A stretch of 63,978 nucleotides of DNA, filler included, from Chloroflexota bacterium (lineage in GTDB: Bacteria > Chloroflexota > Chloroflexia > QHBQ01), in the NCBI GenBank assembly GCA_043754535.1. It is 3 parts of 3 records of this genome, joined end to end, with 100 filler letters (N's around TTAATTAATTAA, not from the genome) between each part and the next. Parts side by side here need not be neighbours in the genome. Positions count along the whole stretch, not along the records: positions 1 to 28,257 come from JAYUUN010000106.1; positions 28,358 to 55,819 come from JAYUUN010000107.1; 1 more part is not named here. The stretch is one strand, 5' to 3'. Below are positions 20,668-31,240 of this stretch, piece by piece. Each line of letters starts with the position of its first letter. Position 1 is the stretch's first letter. Position numbers and translations under genes: made by a program. The notes below the pieces were generated by a model that made no database searches, had not been told where the DNA came from, and saw nothing but the letters and a program-made list of their open reading frames with translations.

Positions 20668-20696
20668 TTTACAAACTAGAGAGCAGGGTATATAAT
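20668..20696 (+). promoter_or_regulatory. Promoter TTTACA-N17-TATAAT
   Basis: Near-consensus hexamers. Confidence 0.55.
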
Positions 20697-20749
20697 GTGC
20701 GTGATGCTGACGAATGCAGGGTGTCACGTGGTAGACGAGCGAGGTAGCT

Positions 20750-23362
20750 ATGGCGGAGCAGGGGGACAAGACGCTTACTTGTCTGGTGGTTGGTAGGGCC
20801 GGGGGCGAAGCAGGTAGCGGGCTAACCACGAACTTGATAGCGACGGCGCAGCAGGCAGTGGCAGCCCAGGGTGGCAAACTGCGGCTGGACGATGGCTATG
20901 CCTATGCTACCTTCGGAGGGGCTGTTGCTGGCTTGCTAGCCGCCCAGGTTATCCTACAGGCAACTAGCGAGCTAGGAGAAGGGCTGCCGCTGCTGGCCCT
21001 GCACAGTGGGCTGGCCCAGGGCGGAGTGGTGCAGAACAGCACCCTGACCTTTGCTCAAGCTACTGCTCTGCTGGCTCTCGCCAACCCCGGTCAGTTGCTG
21101 CTCTCTGGAGCAACGGTGGGTCTGTTGAGCGACGAACCAGCCGCCAACCTGCAACTGCGCGACTTCGGCGAACGGCAGGTGGGCGAATGGCTACTGCGGG
21201 TCTACCAGGCAGGCAGCCCAGGGCTGCCTGCCTTCTTCCCTCCGCTCAAGACCTTCTCACATCCACCCAACAACCTGCCTGCACCCACCAATCCCTTTAT
21301 CGGGCGTACCGAGGAGCTACAGGCAGCCTGCGCCCTCCTCAGCCGCCCTGATGTGCGCCTGCTCACCCTCACGGGGGCGGGCGGTAGCGGCAAGACACGC
21401 CTGGCCCTGCAAGTCGCCAGTCACCTGCTGGATGAGTACAGCGGCGGGGTTTGCTTCGTCTCGCTCGCCCAGGTCAGCGATACTGCCCACGTAGCCTCGG
21501 TGATCGCCCAAGGGTTGGCGGTGCAGGAGCAGGCTGGGATCAACCTCAACACTGCCCTGATTGCTCACCTGCAAGAGAAGAAACTGTTGTTGGTGATCGA
21601 CAACTTCGAGCAGGTGGTTGAGGCTGCCGCCCTGATCACCGACCTGTTGCGCGGCGCAAGTGGGTTGAAGGTGTTGATCACCAGTCGGGCTGCCCTGCGG
21701 CTCTACGGCGAGTGGGAGGTGCCAGTGCCGCCACTGCGCCTGCCCGACCTGCGCCACCTGCCGCCGCTCGCTCGCCTGATTGGGTACGAGGCGGTCGCTC
21801 TCTTTGTCAGCCGGGCGAAAGCTAGCCGCTTTGACTTCGCACTGACCGAGGAGAACGCGGCGAGTGTGACCGCCATTTGCTCGCGACTAGATGGCCTGCC
21901 ACTGGCGATAGAGTTGGCCGCTGCCCGTATCAAGCTGCTAACCCCACAGGCTATCGAGGCCCGACTGGGCAATCGGCTCAAGCTGCTGACCAGTGGTGGC
22001 CGCGACCTGCCCGCCCGCCAGCAGACCTTGCGGGCGACGATTGATTGGAGCTACAACCTGCTGGACGAGGATGGGCAGGCTACCTTCCGCCGCCTGGCTG
22101 TCTTTGTTGGTAGCTGCACCTTCGAGGCAGCCGAGGCAGTCTGCGACCTGGTGGCTGGCACTCCTATCAGCATCATGGATGGTTTGGAGGAACTGGTCAG
22201 CGAGAGCCTACTCAGCCGCGAGGAGCAGGCCGAGCAATCGCGCTTCGTGATGATGGAGACGCTGCGCGAGTACGCGTTGGAGAAGCTGGTCGAGAGCGGT
22301 GAGGCGGAGGGCTTGAGCCGCCAACATTCTGCCTACTACTTCGTCCTGGCGAAGGCAGCCAGCATCCGCCTGCGCGACCCCGACCAGGCGGCCCACCTCA
22401 GCCAGTTGGAAACCGAACACAACAACATTCGGGCAGCACTTGGCTGGCTGCTAGCCCAGGGTGGAGCCGACGGCGAGCGCGCTCTTGACCTGGCCGCCTC
22501 CCTACGCCTATTCTGGCTAATGCGCGGCTACTTGCGTGAGGGGCGCGCGTGGCTGGAGCAGACACTGGCGGCTAGCAATGGCGAAGACCAGGATGTGCAG
22601 GCCAACGCCCTCACTGGCCTCGGCATGATTACTAATCGGCAGGGCGAACTCGCTACTGCCAGCCACTGTTACCAGCAGAGCCTGGCGATTTACCAGCAGC
22701 TAGGCGACCAGCGGCGCATTGCGGCCAGCCTCAACAATCTTGGCACTATCGCCGCCGCACAGGGTGACTACGCTGCTGCTGCTGCCTTCTACAAGCAGGG
22801 AATAGCGATCCTACGCGCCCTCGGCAACCGCCGCGACGAGGCCGCCCTGCTCAACAATCTAGGTACGCTGACCCGCCGAGAGGGAGACTACGCAGCGGCC
22901 CACAGCCTGTTCAGCCAGAGTTTGGCGATTGCCCGCGAACTAGGCGACAACTGGACTGCCACCGCTGCCTTGACCAACCTGGGGCTGATCGAGGTTCATG
23001 AGGGTGGCTATGCAGCTGCCGTCACCCTGCTGCGCGAGAGTGTCAGCCTGTTCAACACCCTGGGCGACCACCTGAGCCTGTCGGAGGCGGTGCTGGGGTT
23101 GGCGCGCCTAGCAGTGAAGGGTGGCAGCTACCGCGATGCCACCCTTCTTTATGCAGCAGCCGATGCTGTGCGCCTGCTGGTCGGCTTGCAGCGACAGGCC
23201 CAAGAGCAGCAGCAGGTAACGACGGAGTTGGCCGCCCTGCGGATGCAGATCACTCCCCTAGAGTTCGCGGCTGCCTGGCAAGTAGGGGCGCGCCTGCAAC
23301 CGGACGAGGTGGCCGCCAGTGCGCTAGCCTTCTCTGCCCAATATGCTAGAGCCTTTTCGTAA
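20750..23362 (+). CDS. STAND (NB-ARC-like) ATPase with TPR repeats and degenerate N-terminal adenylate-cyclase-like domain
   Basis: NNLP...[49 protein letters not shown]-terminal LNNLG TPRs. Confidence 0.9.
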   Translation: MAEQGDKTLTCLVVGRAGGEAGSGLTTNLIATAQQAVAAQGGKLRLDDGYAYATFGGAVAGLLAAQVILQATSELGEGLPLLALHSGLAQGGVVQNSTLTFAQATALLALANPGQLLLSGATVGLLSDEPAANLQLRDFGERQVGEWLLRVYQAGSPGLPAFFPPLKTFSHPPNNLPAPTNPFIGRTEELQAACALLSRPDVRLLTLTGAGGSGKTRLALQVASHLLDEYSGGVCFVSLAQVSDTAHVASVIAQGLAVQEQAGINLNTALIAHLQEKKLLLVIDNFEQVVEAAALITDLLRGASGLKVLITSRAALRLYGEWEVPVPPLRLPDLRHLPPLARLIGYEAVALFVSRAKASRFDFALTEENAASVTAICSRLDGLPLAIELAAARIKLLTPQAIEARLGNRLKLLTSGGRDLPARQQTLRATIDWSYNLLDEDGQATFRRLAVFVGSCTFEAAEAVCDLVAGTPISIMDGLEELVSESLLSREEQAEQSRFVMMETLREYALEKLVESGEAEGLSRQHSAYYFVLAKAASIRLRDPDQAAHLSQLETEHNNIRAALGWLLAQGGADGERALDLAASLRLFWLMRGYLREGRAWLEQTLAASNGEDQDVQANALTGLGMITNRQGELATASHCYQQSLAIYQQLGDQRRIAASLNNLGTIAAAQGDYAAAAAFYKQGIAILRALGNRRDEAALLNNLGTLTRREGDYAAAHSLFSQSLAIARELGDNWTATAALTNLGLIEVHEGGYAAAVTLLRESVSLFNTLGDHLSLSEAVLGLARLAVKGGSYRDATLLYAAADAVRLLVGLQRQAQEQQQVTTELAALRMQITPLEFAAAWQVGARLQPDEVAASALAFSAQYARAFS

Positions 23363-23568
23363 AAGCTAGAGAATGGTAGAAAGGGCATGAACAAAACTTT
23401 GTCCTGCCCCTAACCAGCTTGCTAGCTGCCCTGCAAGCCGTCCCTGACCACCGCAACAATCGAGCTAAGGCACCATGCCCACAGTGCTGTGCTGCAACCC
23501 CAATCGTGCGTTGGAGCCTCTCGGCATCCATGTTCTACGAGAAGACCCTGGTTCCTGCTAAGGTATGA

Positions 23569-23598
23569 TTGACAATTAGATGAAGGTTAGGTTAAAAT
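23569..23598 (+). promoter_or_regulatory. Promoter TTGACA-N18-TAAAAT
   Basis: Near-consensus hexamers upstream of kinase. Confidence 0.45.
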
Positions 23599-23685
23599 TG
23601 CGCTAGCAAGGCGTGACGATTTGGCCGCGCCGACGTATAGATATAGCGTAGAGAAAACCAAACCAGATCGTCAGCCTCCGAGGAA

Positions 23686-25260
23686 TTGATGTCACAAAGT
23701 ACCAGCCGTGCCGATGGGCCGCTAACCAACCGCATACTGAACGGACGCTACCAGCTTGAGGGGCGTGTTGGCGGCGGGGGGATGGCGGTGGTTTACCGCG
23801 CCCGCGATATGGCTCTGGGCCGCATAGTGGCGATCAAGGTGCTGCGCGAACAGTACGGCTCCGACCCCAAGTTCCTCAGCCGCTTCGTGCGCGAAGCTCA
23901 GTCTGCTGCCAACCTCGGCCACCCCAACATCGTCAACGTCTATGATGTGGGCCAGGATGGCGAAGTTCATTATATCGTGATGGAACTGATTATTGGCGAA
24001 ACTCTGCGCCAGTATGTTGACCGCAATAGCGGCAAGCTGGATGCGGACACCACTGCCGAGATTGGGGCGCAGGTTTGTGCTGCTCTAGCCGCTGCCCACC
24101 GCGCGGGGATCATCCACCGCGACGTGAAGCCGCAGAATGTGCTGATCTCCACCGAGGGGGTAGTCAAAGTTACTGACTTCGGCATTGCCAAAGGTCTCAG
24201 CGATATGTCGATGACCGAGGCTGGGGCAACCCTGGGGACGGTGCAATACTTTTCGCCAGAGCAGGCGCGGGGTGAGCGGGTCTCCGCGCCCTCTGACATC
24301 TACTCGGTGGGCGTGATGCTGTATGAGATGCTAGCAGGTCGCCTGCCTTTTGAAGCTGATAGCATGATGGGTATCGCCATCAAGCACATCGAGGAACTAC
24401 CCGTTCCCCTGCGCCAGGTTGAAGCCAGCGTGCCACGTGGCCTAGAGGCAATCGTGATGCGCGCTTTGGAGAAGAACCCAGCTAACCGCTTTGCCACCGC
24501 CGAGGAGATGGAGCAGTCTCTCCGCAACTACCGCAACTACGCTCCCCGCCGCAACACTGGCGGCCAGCAACGCCCCGCCACCGTCGGCCAGCGGGTGGCC
24601 TACGAGCAGCGCGCCCCAGCGGTCAGGAACGACTCGCGGCTGACCCCCCGCTCTAGCGCGATGTACGATGTGGAGAGAAGCGGCCCCGGCTGGGCTAGCT
24701 GGCTAATCGGCTTCATTGTACTTGCGCTACTAGGTGGCGGCCTGATCTTTGCCCTCACTGTGCTGCCCACGCTCACCAATAACACCGCGACCCCCACCCC
24801 GCAGCCAGTGGCAGAGCCAACCATCACCCCAGTCCCTGCCACCGCTACGCCCAGCACGCTGCCGCCGGTGCCGAACGTTGTAACCCTCGACTATAATGCG
24901 GCGATCCGCCTATTGAGTAATGTTGGCTACAAGATTGATGTCAAGCAGGTACCGAGTGGCAATGTCCCCTTCGGTCAGGTGATTAGCCAGAACCCCAGCG
25001 GCTTCACCGCCAACTTGCCGCGTGGCACCATCGTAACCCTGGTCGTCAGCATTGGCCCCAGCACGATCAAGCTGCAAGACTACAAGAACACCGACGCGAA
25101 CGCAGCTGTAGATCGCTTGCAGAAGGCGGGGCTGAAGGTAACATCCAATCTCGTTCCCGGTCAGCCAGCGGGCGTGGTCGTCAACCAGAAACCCGGCCCT
25201 GGTGAAGTCGTCCCCCTGGGATCAGAGATAACCCTCGACGTGACCAACGGCCAGCCGTAG
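23686..25260 (+). CDS. pknB: PASTA-domain Ser/Thr protein kinase (PknB/Stk1 family)
   Basis: GGGGMAVVY, VAIK, HRDVKPQN, DFG, SPEQ; TM; two PASTA repeats. Confidence 0.92.
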   Translation: MMSQSTSRADGPLTNRILNGRYQLEGRVGGGGMAVVYRARDMALGRIVAIKVLREQYGSDPKFLSRFVREAQSAANLGHPNIVNVYDVGQDGEVHYIVMELIIGETLRQYVDRNSGKLDADTTAEIGAQVCAALAAAHRAGIIHRDVKPQNVLISTEGVVKVTDFGIAKGLSDMSMTEAGATLGTVQYFSPEQARGERVSAPSDIYSVGVMLYEMLAGRLPFEADSMMGIAIKHIEELPVPLRQVEASVPRGLEAIVMRALEKNPANRFATAEEMEQSLRNYRNYAPRRNTGGQQRPATVGQRVAYEQRAPAVRNDSRLTPRSSAMYDVERSGPGWASWLIGFIVLALLGGGLIFALTVLPTLTNNTATPTPQPVAEPTITPVPATATPSTLPPVPNVVTLDYNAAIRLLSNVGYKIDVKQVPSGNVPFGQVISQNPSGFTANLPRGTIVTLVVSIGPSTIKLQDYKNTDANAAVDRLQKAGLKVTSNLVPGQPAGVVVNQKPGPGEVVPLGSEITLDVTNGQP

Positions 25261-25291
25261 CCGGACCAGAGTAGGCTTTAGAGGATTGCTG

Positions 25292-26146
25292 ATGCCTGAG
25301 TTGCCCGAAGTAGAGACAGTAGTCCGCACCCTGCGCCCCCACTTGGTTGGCAAGCAGATCGTGGCCGTCAGCCACCTGGATTGGCCCTCAACGGTGCAGC
25401 CAATGCCACCCGATCTTTTCCGTGAGGCAGTGCGGGGGGCGACCGTAGCTGCGGTCAGCCGCCGTGCCAAGTACATCCTGATCGGCTTGCAAGGGGGCGG
25501 CAGCCTGGTTGGTCATCTGCGGATGACCGGGCAACTGGTCTACCACGCCACGCCAACCACGCCCGGTCGCTTCACCCGCCTGGTACTCGATCTCGACGAC
25601 GGGGGGCAGTTGCACTTCGACGATATGCGGAAGTTTGGTCGCCTGCGCTATGTGGCGGCGGATGAGCGGCTGGAGGATGCCCTGCCCGACCTCGGCCCAG
25701 AGCCGCTGGCGGAGAACTTCACCGCCGCCGACTTCAGCCAACTGGTCAGTGCAAAGCTGGCTCGCCGCGCCAACCCGGTGCTGAAGGCGATCCTGCTGGA
25801 TCAGAGCTTCCTTAGCGGGCTGGGCAACATCTACGCAGATGAGGCTCTCCACCTCAGCGGCTTGCACCCCCTGCGTACCCTGCGTAGCCTCGACGAGCAG
25901 GAGAGCGGGCGGCTGTACGTTGCGATCCGCCAGGTACTCAATGACAGCCTCACCAACAATGGCACCAGCTTCAGCGACTACCGCGATGGTCTCGGCAATA
26001 AGGGTAGCAACCAGGACTTCCTACACGTCTACCACCGCACCGGCCAGCCGTGCCACGTCTGTGGCACCCCCGTGGAGAAGGTGGTAGTGGGAGGGCGCAG
26101 CACGCACTTCTGCCCCCAGTGCCAGCCAGCCGCAGCGGGAGGTTGA
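25292..26146 (+). CDS. mutM: Formamidopyrimidine-DNA glycosylase
   Basis: MPELPEVET, HLRMTG, GLGNIYADE, C-terminal Zn finger. Confidence 0.97.
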   Translation: MPELPEVETVVRTLRPHLVGKQIVAVSHLDWPSTVQPMPPDLFREAVRGATVAAVSRRAKYILIGLQGGGSLVGHLRMTGQLVYHATPTTPGRFTRLVLDLDDGGQLHFDDMRKFGRLRYVAADERLEDALPDLGPEPLAENFTAADFSQLVSAKLARRANPVLKAILLDQSFLSGLGNIYADEALHLSGLHPLRTLRSLDEQESGRLYVAIRQVLNDSLTNNGTSFSDYRDGLGNKGSNQDFLHVYHRTGQPCHVCGTPVEKVVVGGRSTHFCPQCQPAAAGG

Positions 26147-26214
26147 CCGCAAACTAGCCTGCAAAAGACACAGCCCACTCCCTGAGAGGTGAGCTGTATA
26201 CTGTGTGGCCGAGA

Positions 26215-26508
26215 CTAGCTGATGTCGAAGATTTCGCGTAGCTGGCGGTTGCTTGGCTCGGTCACGTACTGGTCGTTGATCAGCAGGGTAGGTACGGAGC
26301 GCATCCCACTGTTTACGCGTAGTACCAACTCCTCGCCTTCTTCGTCCTCGTCAATATTGATCTTGGTATAGGGGATGTCATGCAGTGCAAAGAAGCGCAT
26401 AGTGCGGATGCTGTCGCTACACCAGTCGGTGACATAGGCAATCACGCTGGGGAAGGCAGAGCTGCTGCCTGTCTGCTGGCTGTTTTCGTTTTGGGTAAGG
26501 GTGTCCAC
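26215..26508 (-). CDS. Glutaredoxin/NrdH-like redoxin with monothiol CxxS site
   Basis: WCSDS, G.RSVPTL, EPS; GTG start after AGGAG. Confidence 0.8.
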   Translation of the reverse strand: MDTLTQNENSQQTGSSSAFPSVIAYVTDWCSDSIRTMRFFALHDIPYTKINIDEDEEGEELVLRVNSGMRSVPTLLINDQYVTEPSNRQLREIFDIS

Positions 26509-26521
26509 TTTGCCAGGTCTC

Positions 26522-26848
26522 CTATGTAGATAGCTTGCGCTTGCCAATCTTGCCGAGGGCAGCGCGCAAAGGGCGACCCACCACTTCGCCAACATAAGCG
26601 CGGCGGAAGTCAGTGAAACCCACCTTGCGCGGGTCATACTCAACGATGAAGCGGTCTGGGTCAGTCTGGAAGTCGATTTTGCTCACCCCAGGCAGGTTGG
26701 CAATAGCTTTGTGGGTACGCGCTTCGCAGAAGGTGTAGCACATCAGGCCGATGGTACGCAGTTCCGCCCGATGCAGTTCGGGGCTGATCGCCTCGTCGCT
26801 GATCGGGGCAAGATCGGGGTTCACCAGGATGTTCTTGAGCGTAGGCAT
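26522..26848 (-). CDS. Heavy-metal-associated (HMA)-like domain protein
   Basis: GLMCYTFC...AIANLPGV...VEYDP; SD AAGGAG. Confidence 0.7.
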   Translation of the reverse strand: MPTLKNILVNPDLAPISDEAISPELHRAELRTIGLMCYTFCEARTHKAIANLPGVSKIDFQTDPDRFIVEYDPRKVGFTDFRRAYVGEVVGRPLRAALGKIGKRKLST

Positions 26849-26913
26849 GAGCGTCTCTCCTTAGCCTCAGCTGCTGGCCCCAAAGAGAGGGGTGTTTTGC
26901 TGGAGGCAGCTTA

Positions 26914-26960
26914 ATCCTACCAAATCCAGCATACTTTGTCAAAAATTGCACAAAGTATGC
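26914..26960 (-). promoter_or_regulatory. Promoter TTGACA-N17-TAGGAT overlapped by an 11-bp perfect inverted repeat
   Basis: GCATACTTTGT (26929-26939) / ACAAAGTATGC (26950-26960). Confidence 0.55.
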
Positions 26961-26966
26961 CAGAGT

Positions 26967-28257
26967 TTAAACCCTGAACAGCAGGGTCACGATCTCCTTC
27001 GCCCCCACCGTGAGCGGCAGCCAGCCATCGCCATCTAGCGACAGTGGCGCAAACTCGGTCTCCTCCAGGTTGCTGCGGCCCACGCTGGCGAAGGGGAAGT
27101 GGCAGCGCAGGCGACCGTCAAGCGGCGCGTCGCTGATGTTCCAGAGGCGCACGACGAGCGATGGACGGTCGCCAGCCTGTGGGGTTACGCCAACCGGCAT
27201 TGCAGACCGCTTCACTGCGCTAACTACCAGGGTGGCTGGCTCAAGCTCTAGCAGGCTGGCGGTGGCGGGTAGCGGGCCGGGGTGGATGCTGGTGGCAGCG
27301 GCCACGGGCGGGCTGACGAAGTTGTGGGCCTGCTCGAAGGCGCGGCTGCTAACCAGATCGCCGTCGTGGGGGATGAGGGCGTAGTGGAAGGTGTGGGATC
27401 CCGGTAGTTGTGCGCCAGGGGTGGGCAGTCCTGGGCCAGCGTGGCCGCGTCGCGTGGTCAGGTCAGCCCGCGATAGCCAGCCGACGCTCCGCAGCAAGGT
27501 GAGCAGGATCACGCTGTACTGCCCGTCGCTCGACACCTCGTACTCTGGCAGGCCGCGATTAGCTAGCACAACGCCGCGCCGCCCATCGCTTGCTGCGCAG
27601 AAGCTCTGCTGGGGGTGCGTTGGTTGTGGCTCCTCGATCCAACTGTCGTCGAAGGCTGGCACCCCCAGTGGGCGTGTCACAATATCGAACGCGCTCTCGG
27701 CTTGTGACGCTTGCGCGGCAAAGGGTAGACCGAACAGCATGCGCAGGCGGTGATCCTGGGCCACATTGTCCACGGTCGTCTCGAAGTCAATGCGTGGCAC
27801 GCCTGGGTAGAGACTGACGGTGACACTGGCGGCACAGGCGACCATCTCGCTGCTGCGGCTCTGGCGGTCGTCGCTGAGGCAGGCGGGTAGCTCAAGCACC
27901 TGACTGACGCGCAGGCGTTGGCTGCCCCCCACTGTGCTAACTGCGATCTGCACGCTGCCAGGCAGCGGCTGGGCGATCACCTGGTCGTCGGCTGGCGGCG
28001 AATAGTTGTACTCGTCGCCAGCATCGCCACTGTCCAGCAGGCAAATATCTTCGACCAACACATTGCCAGCCCCATCGCGCACAGTCAGCCAGCCAGTGCG
28101 GGGATCGGCCTCCACCCGGAACAGGTCGTTCTCGATCACTGGCGCGGCCAGCACCCAACCAGCCGAAGGGAGGGCGGCTTGATCCTGGACAGCGGGGGCA
28201 GGCGGGAGCAAAGCAGCAGGTGGACTGGTCATCCCCAACCCTGCGACAGCGACCGTT
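26967..28257 (-). CDS. GH38 alpha-mannosidase / mannosylglycerate hydrolase-like protein, C-terminal part (5' truncated by contig end)
   Basis: DAGDEYNYSP, DHRLR, NRGLPEYEV, LTLLRSVGWLSR.DL, LVVSAVKRS. Confidence 0.85.
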
Positions 28258-28357
28258 NNNNNNNNNNNNNNNNNNNNNNNNNNNNNNNNNNNNNNNNNNN
28301 NTTAATTAATTAANNNNNNNNNNNNNNNNNNNNNNNNNNNNNNNNNNNNNNNNNNNN
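28258..28357. other. Artificial contig-join linker
   Basis: N44-TTAATTAATTAA-N44 (stops in all six frames). Confidence 0.97.
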
Positions 28358-29301
28358 TGGCTAAGTTCGCCACTGGGCTGGACGTGGTCACCTACGAGTT
28401 CGAGAACGTGCCGGTCGCTGCCGTCCGCCACCTGGCGCAGTTCGCCCCTGTCTACCCGCCGCCCGCCGCCCTGGAGGTGGCCCAGGATCGCTTGGCAGAG
28501 AAGTCGCTGTTCCGCAAACTAGGTATCCCTACCCCCAACTTCGCAGCGGTGAACGACCGTGCTGGGCTTGACGCTGCGCTCCATGAGGTCGGCTTGCCCG
28601 CCGTCCTCAAGACGCGGCGCGGCGGCTACGATGGTAAGGGGCAGGCGGTGCTACGTACCCCCGCCGACGTTGACATGGCCTGGCAACAACTTGGCGGTGA
28701 GCCGCTGATTTTGGAGCAGTTTGTCGCCTTCGAGCGCGAGCTGTCGGTCATTGCTGTGCGCGACCTTGTAGGCAACTTCCACAGCTACGGCCTGATTGAG
28801 AACAGCCATAAAGGCGGCATACTACGCCTCTCTGTCCCAGATGCTGCCTTGACTACGGCAGCAATGGACCAGATAGCCTTGCACTTCATCAGGTTGCTTA
28901 TGCTACAGCTTAACTATGTCGGCGTGCTTGCTTTGGAGATGTTCGAGGTGGGTGGCGAACTATGGGCCAACGAGATCGCTCCCCGCGTCCACAACAGCGG
29001 CCATTGGACGATAGAGGGAGCAGAGACCAGCCAGTTCGAGAACCACCTGCGGGCAATCTGTGGCCTGCCGCTTGGCTATACCTACGCACGCGGCCACAGC
29101 GCGATGCTCAACCTGATCGGCGGCGTGCCAGACGTAGCGGCTGTACTAGCGGTAGAAGGCGCGCACCTGCACCTCTACGGCAAAGAGGCCCGACGCGGGC
29201 GCAAGCTGGGCCACATCACCTTGCGCGCGGACGACGAGGAGGAGCTAGGTGAAGGGCTGTGGCAGTTGCAGACGCTGGTTGATGCGGCGGCAGTCGGCTG
29301 A
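28358..29301 (+). CDS. purK: N5-carboxyaminoimidazole ribonucleotide synthase (5' truncated)
   Basis: VTYEFENVP, GGYDGKGQ, NEIAPRVHNSGHWT, HLYGK...RKLGH. Confidence 0.95.
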
Positions 29302-29458
29302 TCGCAGTCCTTCCCGATCAGCCGCTGTTCACTTTAGTTCAGACTGGCCCAACCACCAATAATGCCACGTATTGTTCGCTGGATGTTCACTCCTCCGCCC
29401 TCACTCAATGTGGTACAATGCTGGCACAATGCAACCGAGAGCCGGTAGAGGAGAGCGC

Positions 29459-30484
29459 ATGAAGATTGTACTGGACGCGATGGGTGGCGACAACGCCCCC
29501 AGCGAGATCGTGGCGGGCGCGGTGCAAGCAGCACGGCAACTCAACCTGACGGTGATCCTCGTCGGCAAAGAGGCTGTGATCAAGGCAGAGTTGGCGAAGC
29601 ACAACACGGCAGGCCTCGATCTGCCCGTCGTCAACGCCGCCGACGCGATCCCGATGGATGAACACGACCCCGCCGCCACCGCCCGCGCCATGCAGAAGAC
29701 CTCCTCGATGGGGGTGGGCATGAAGCTGGTCAAGGACGGTGAGGCCGATGCTTTTATCACCATGGGCAGCACCGGCGGCGCACTGGCAACCGCGCAGTTT
29801 GTTCTCGGTCGGGTGCCAGGCATCAAGCGTTCGCCGCTCGGTGCGGTCTTTCCCACCAAAGTGGCGACCAGCAAGGGCGTGTTCGTCACCGACATTGGCG
29901 CGAATGTAGAGGTGCAACCCTTCTGGCTAGTGCAGTTCGCCACCATGGGTGCTATCTACATGGAGCGCGTCTTTGGTGTGCAGAACCCCCGCGTTGGCAT
30001 CCTCAGCAACGGTGAGGAGGAGGGTAAGGGCAGCGAACTGGTACGCCAAACCTACCCCCTGCTCAAAGCTAGTGGCCTCAACTTCATCGGCAATGTGGAG
30101 GGTAAAGACATCACGGCGGGCGTGTGCGACGTAGCCGTAACCGACGGCTTCACTGGCAACGTGCTGCTCAAGACGGCGGAGGGGGTGCAGGACTTGATCC
30201 AGACCACCCTGCGCGAAGCCCTGACCAGCAGCTTCATCGCCAAGATCGGCGCGCTACTGGTCAAGGACACCCTGCGGAAGTCGCTAGCCCGCCTCGACTA
30301 CTCCGAGTCGGGGGCCGCCCCACTGCTGGGCATCAACGGTCTGGCCTTCGTTGGGCATGGGCGCAGCAGGGCGAAGGCTGTGGTCAGCGCAATCCGCACC
30401 GCCGCTGAAGCCGTGCGTCAGGATGTACTGGGGGCAGTACGCGAGGCAGGCCAGCGATTGAGCAAGGCCGACGACGCAGCATAG
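29459..30484 (+). CDS. plsX: Phosphate acyltransferase
   Basis: DAMGGDNAP, NGEEEGKG, VTDGFTGN, HGRS. Confidence 0.95.
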   Translation: MKIVLDAMGGDNAPSEIVAGAVQAARQLNLTVILVGKEAVIKAELAKHNTAGLDLPVVNAADAIPMDEHDPAATARAMQKTSSMGVGMKLVKDGEADAFITMGSTGGALATAQFVLGRVPGIKRSPLGAVFPTKVATSKGVFVTDIGANVEVQPFWLVQFATMGAIYMERVFGVQNPRVGILSNGEEEGKGSELVRQTYPLLKASGLNFIGNVEGKDITAGVCDVAVTDGFTGNVLLKTAEGVQDLIQTTLREALTSSFIAKIGALLVKDTLRKSLARLDYSESGAAPLLGINGLAFVGHGRSRAKAVVSAIRTAAEAVRQDVLGAVREAGQRLSKADDAA

Positions 30485-30497
30485 TAGTGGCTGCGGG

Positions 30498-31058
30498 CTA
30501 GCTCACCACTAACCCGCGCTGTGTCCGCCATTCCTCAACTGTCAGCCCATAGCGCAGTTCGTCGTGGTACTCACTGTTGGTCAGGGCTACGCGGCGGATG
30601 CGCCCCTCTTGCACGAAGCCAAGCGCAGCGAACAGGGCGATGGCGGGCTGGTTGAAGCTGTACACGCCAACCGTCACCTTCTGGTAGTGCAACTCCTCGA
30701 AGAAGTAGCGCAGCAGTATCTTGAGCGCATCGCGGGCGTAGCCCTTGCGCCGATGTGGTTCGTGGATGCTCAGGCCAAGCTCGAAGCAGCCCACCCGCCG
30801 ATTGCAGAGGTGGCTATCAATCGAACCAACCTGCTGCCCACGCAGATCGGTGATCATCAGGAAGTATTCGTCGTTCTTTGGCTCTTTGACCGCCTGCTTC
30901 TCAACCCACTTGCGGATGGCCGCCTTTGAGCGGGGAAAGGGTATTTGAGACAGTGTCCGTGCTGCTTCGTTGTCTTGCTCACGCTCAAACAACCACCCCA
31001 AGTCCTCCGGCTCGACCGCCCGCAGGCGCACCATTTCACCCTGCCAGTACTTGCCCAT
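30498..31058 (-). CDS. GNAT N-acetyltransferase (RimJ/RimL type)
   Basis: VRLRAVEPED, HRRKGYA, N.PAI.LF..LGF..EG. Confidence 0.9.
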   Translation of the reverse strand: MGKYWQGEMVRLRAVEPEDLGWLFEREQDNEAARTLSQIPFPRSKAAIRKWVEKQAVKEPKNDEYFLMITDLRGQQVGSIDSHLCNRRVGCFELGLSIHEPHRRKGYARDALKILLRYFFEELHYQKVTVGVYSFNQPAIALFAALGFVQEGRIRRVALTNSEYHDELRYGLTVEEWRTQRGLVVS

Positions 31059-31141
31059 TGCTTGTCCCTCCTTTGGCTTGATTGTACCATACAATTGCGG
31101 GTAGCGGTTCACCTCTTTGGCTGTAGAAACGCCAGGCAGAG

Positions 31142-31182
31142 AACAACCGCAGCCCGCGATGGTAGCGCAGGCTGCGGTTGTT
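31142..31182 (-). terminator. Stem-loop downstream of MFS gene
   Basis: 13-bp perfect stem AACAACCGCAGCC/GGCTGCGGTTGTT. Confidence 0.5.
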
Positions 31183-31240
31183 TGAGGAAGGATGTCTTTG
31201 TTACTCCCCCTCCTTGGGGGGAGGGGTTAGGGGAGGGTGA

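Noticed and set aside
26405..26430. Possible selenocysteine in the redoxin CxxS motif
   Set aside because: Codon is AGC (Ser); no in-frame TGA
28258..28357. TTAATTAATTAA palindrome flanked by Ns (also 55820-55919)
   Set aside because: Artificial scaffold linker; truncations of GH38, purK, the M20 peptidase and add are assembly effects, not pseudogenes
31203..31240. C-rich/G-rich hairpin resembling REP-like elements
   Set aside because: Only one copy recognised in the window; repeat status cannot be supported without the genome
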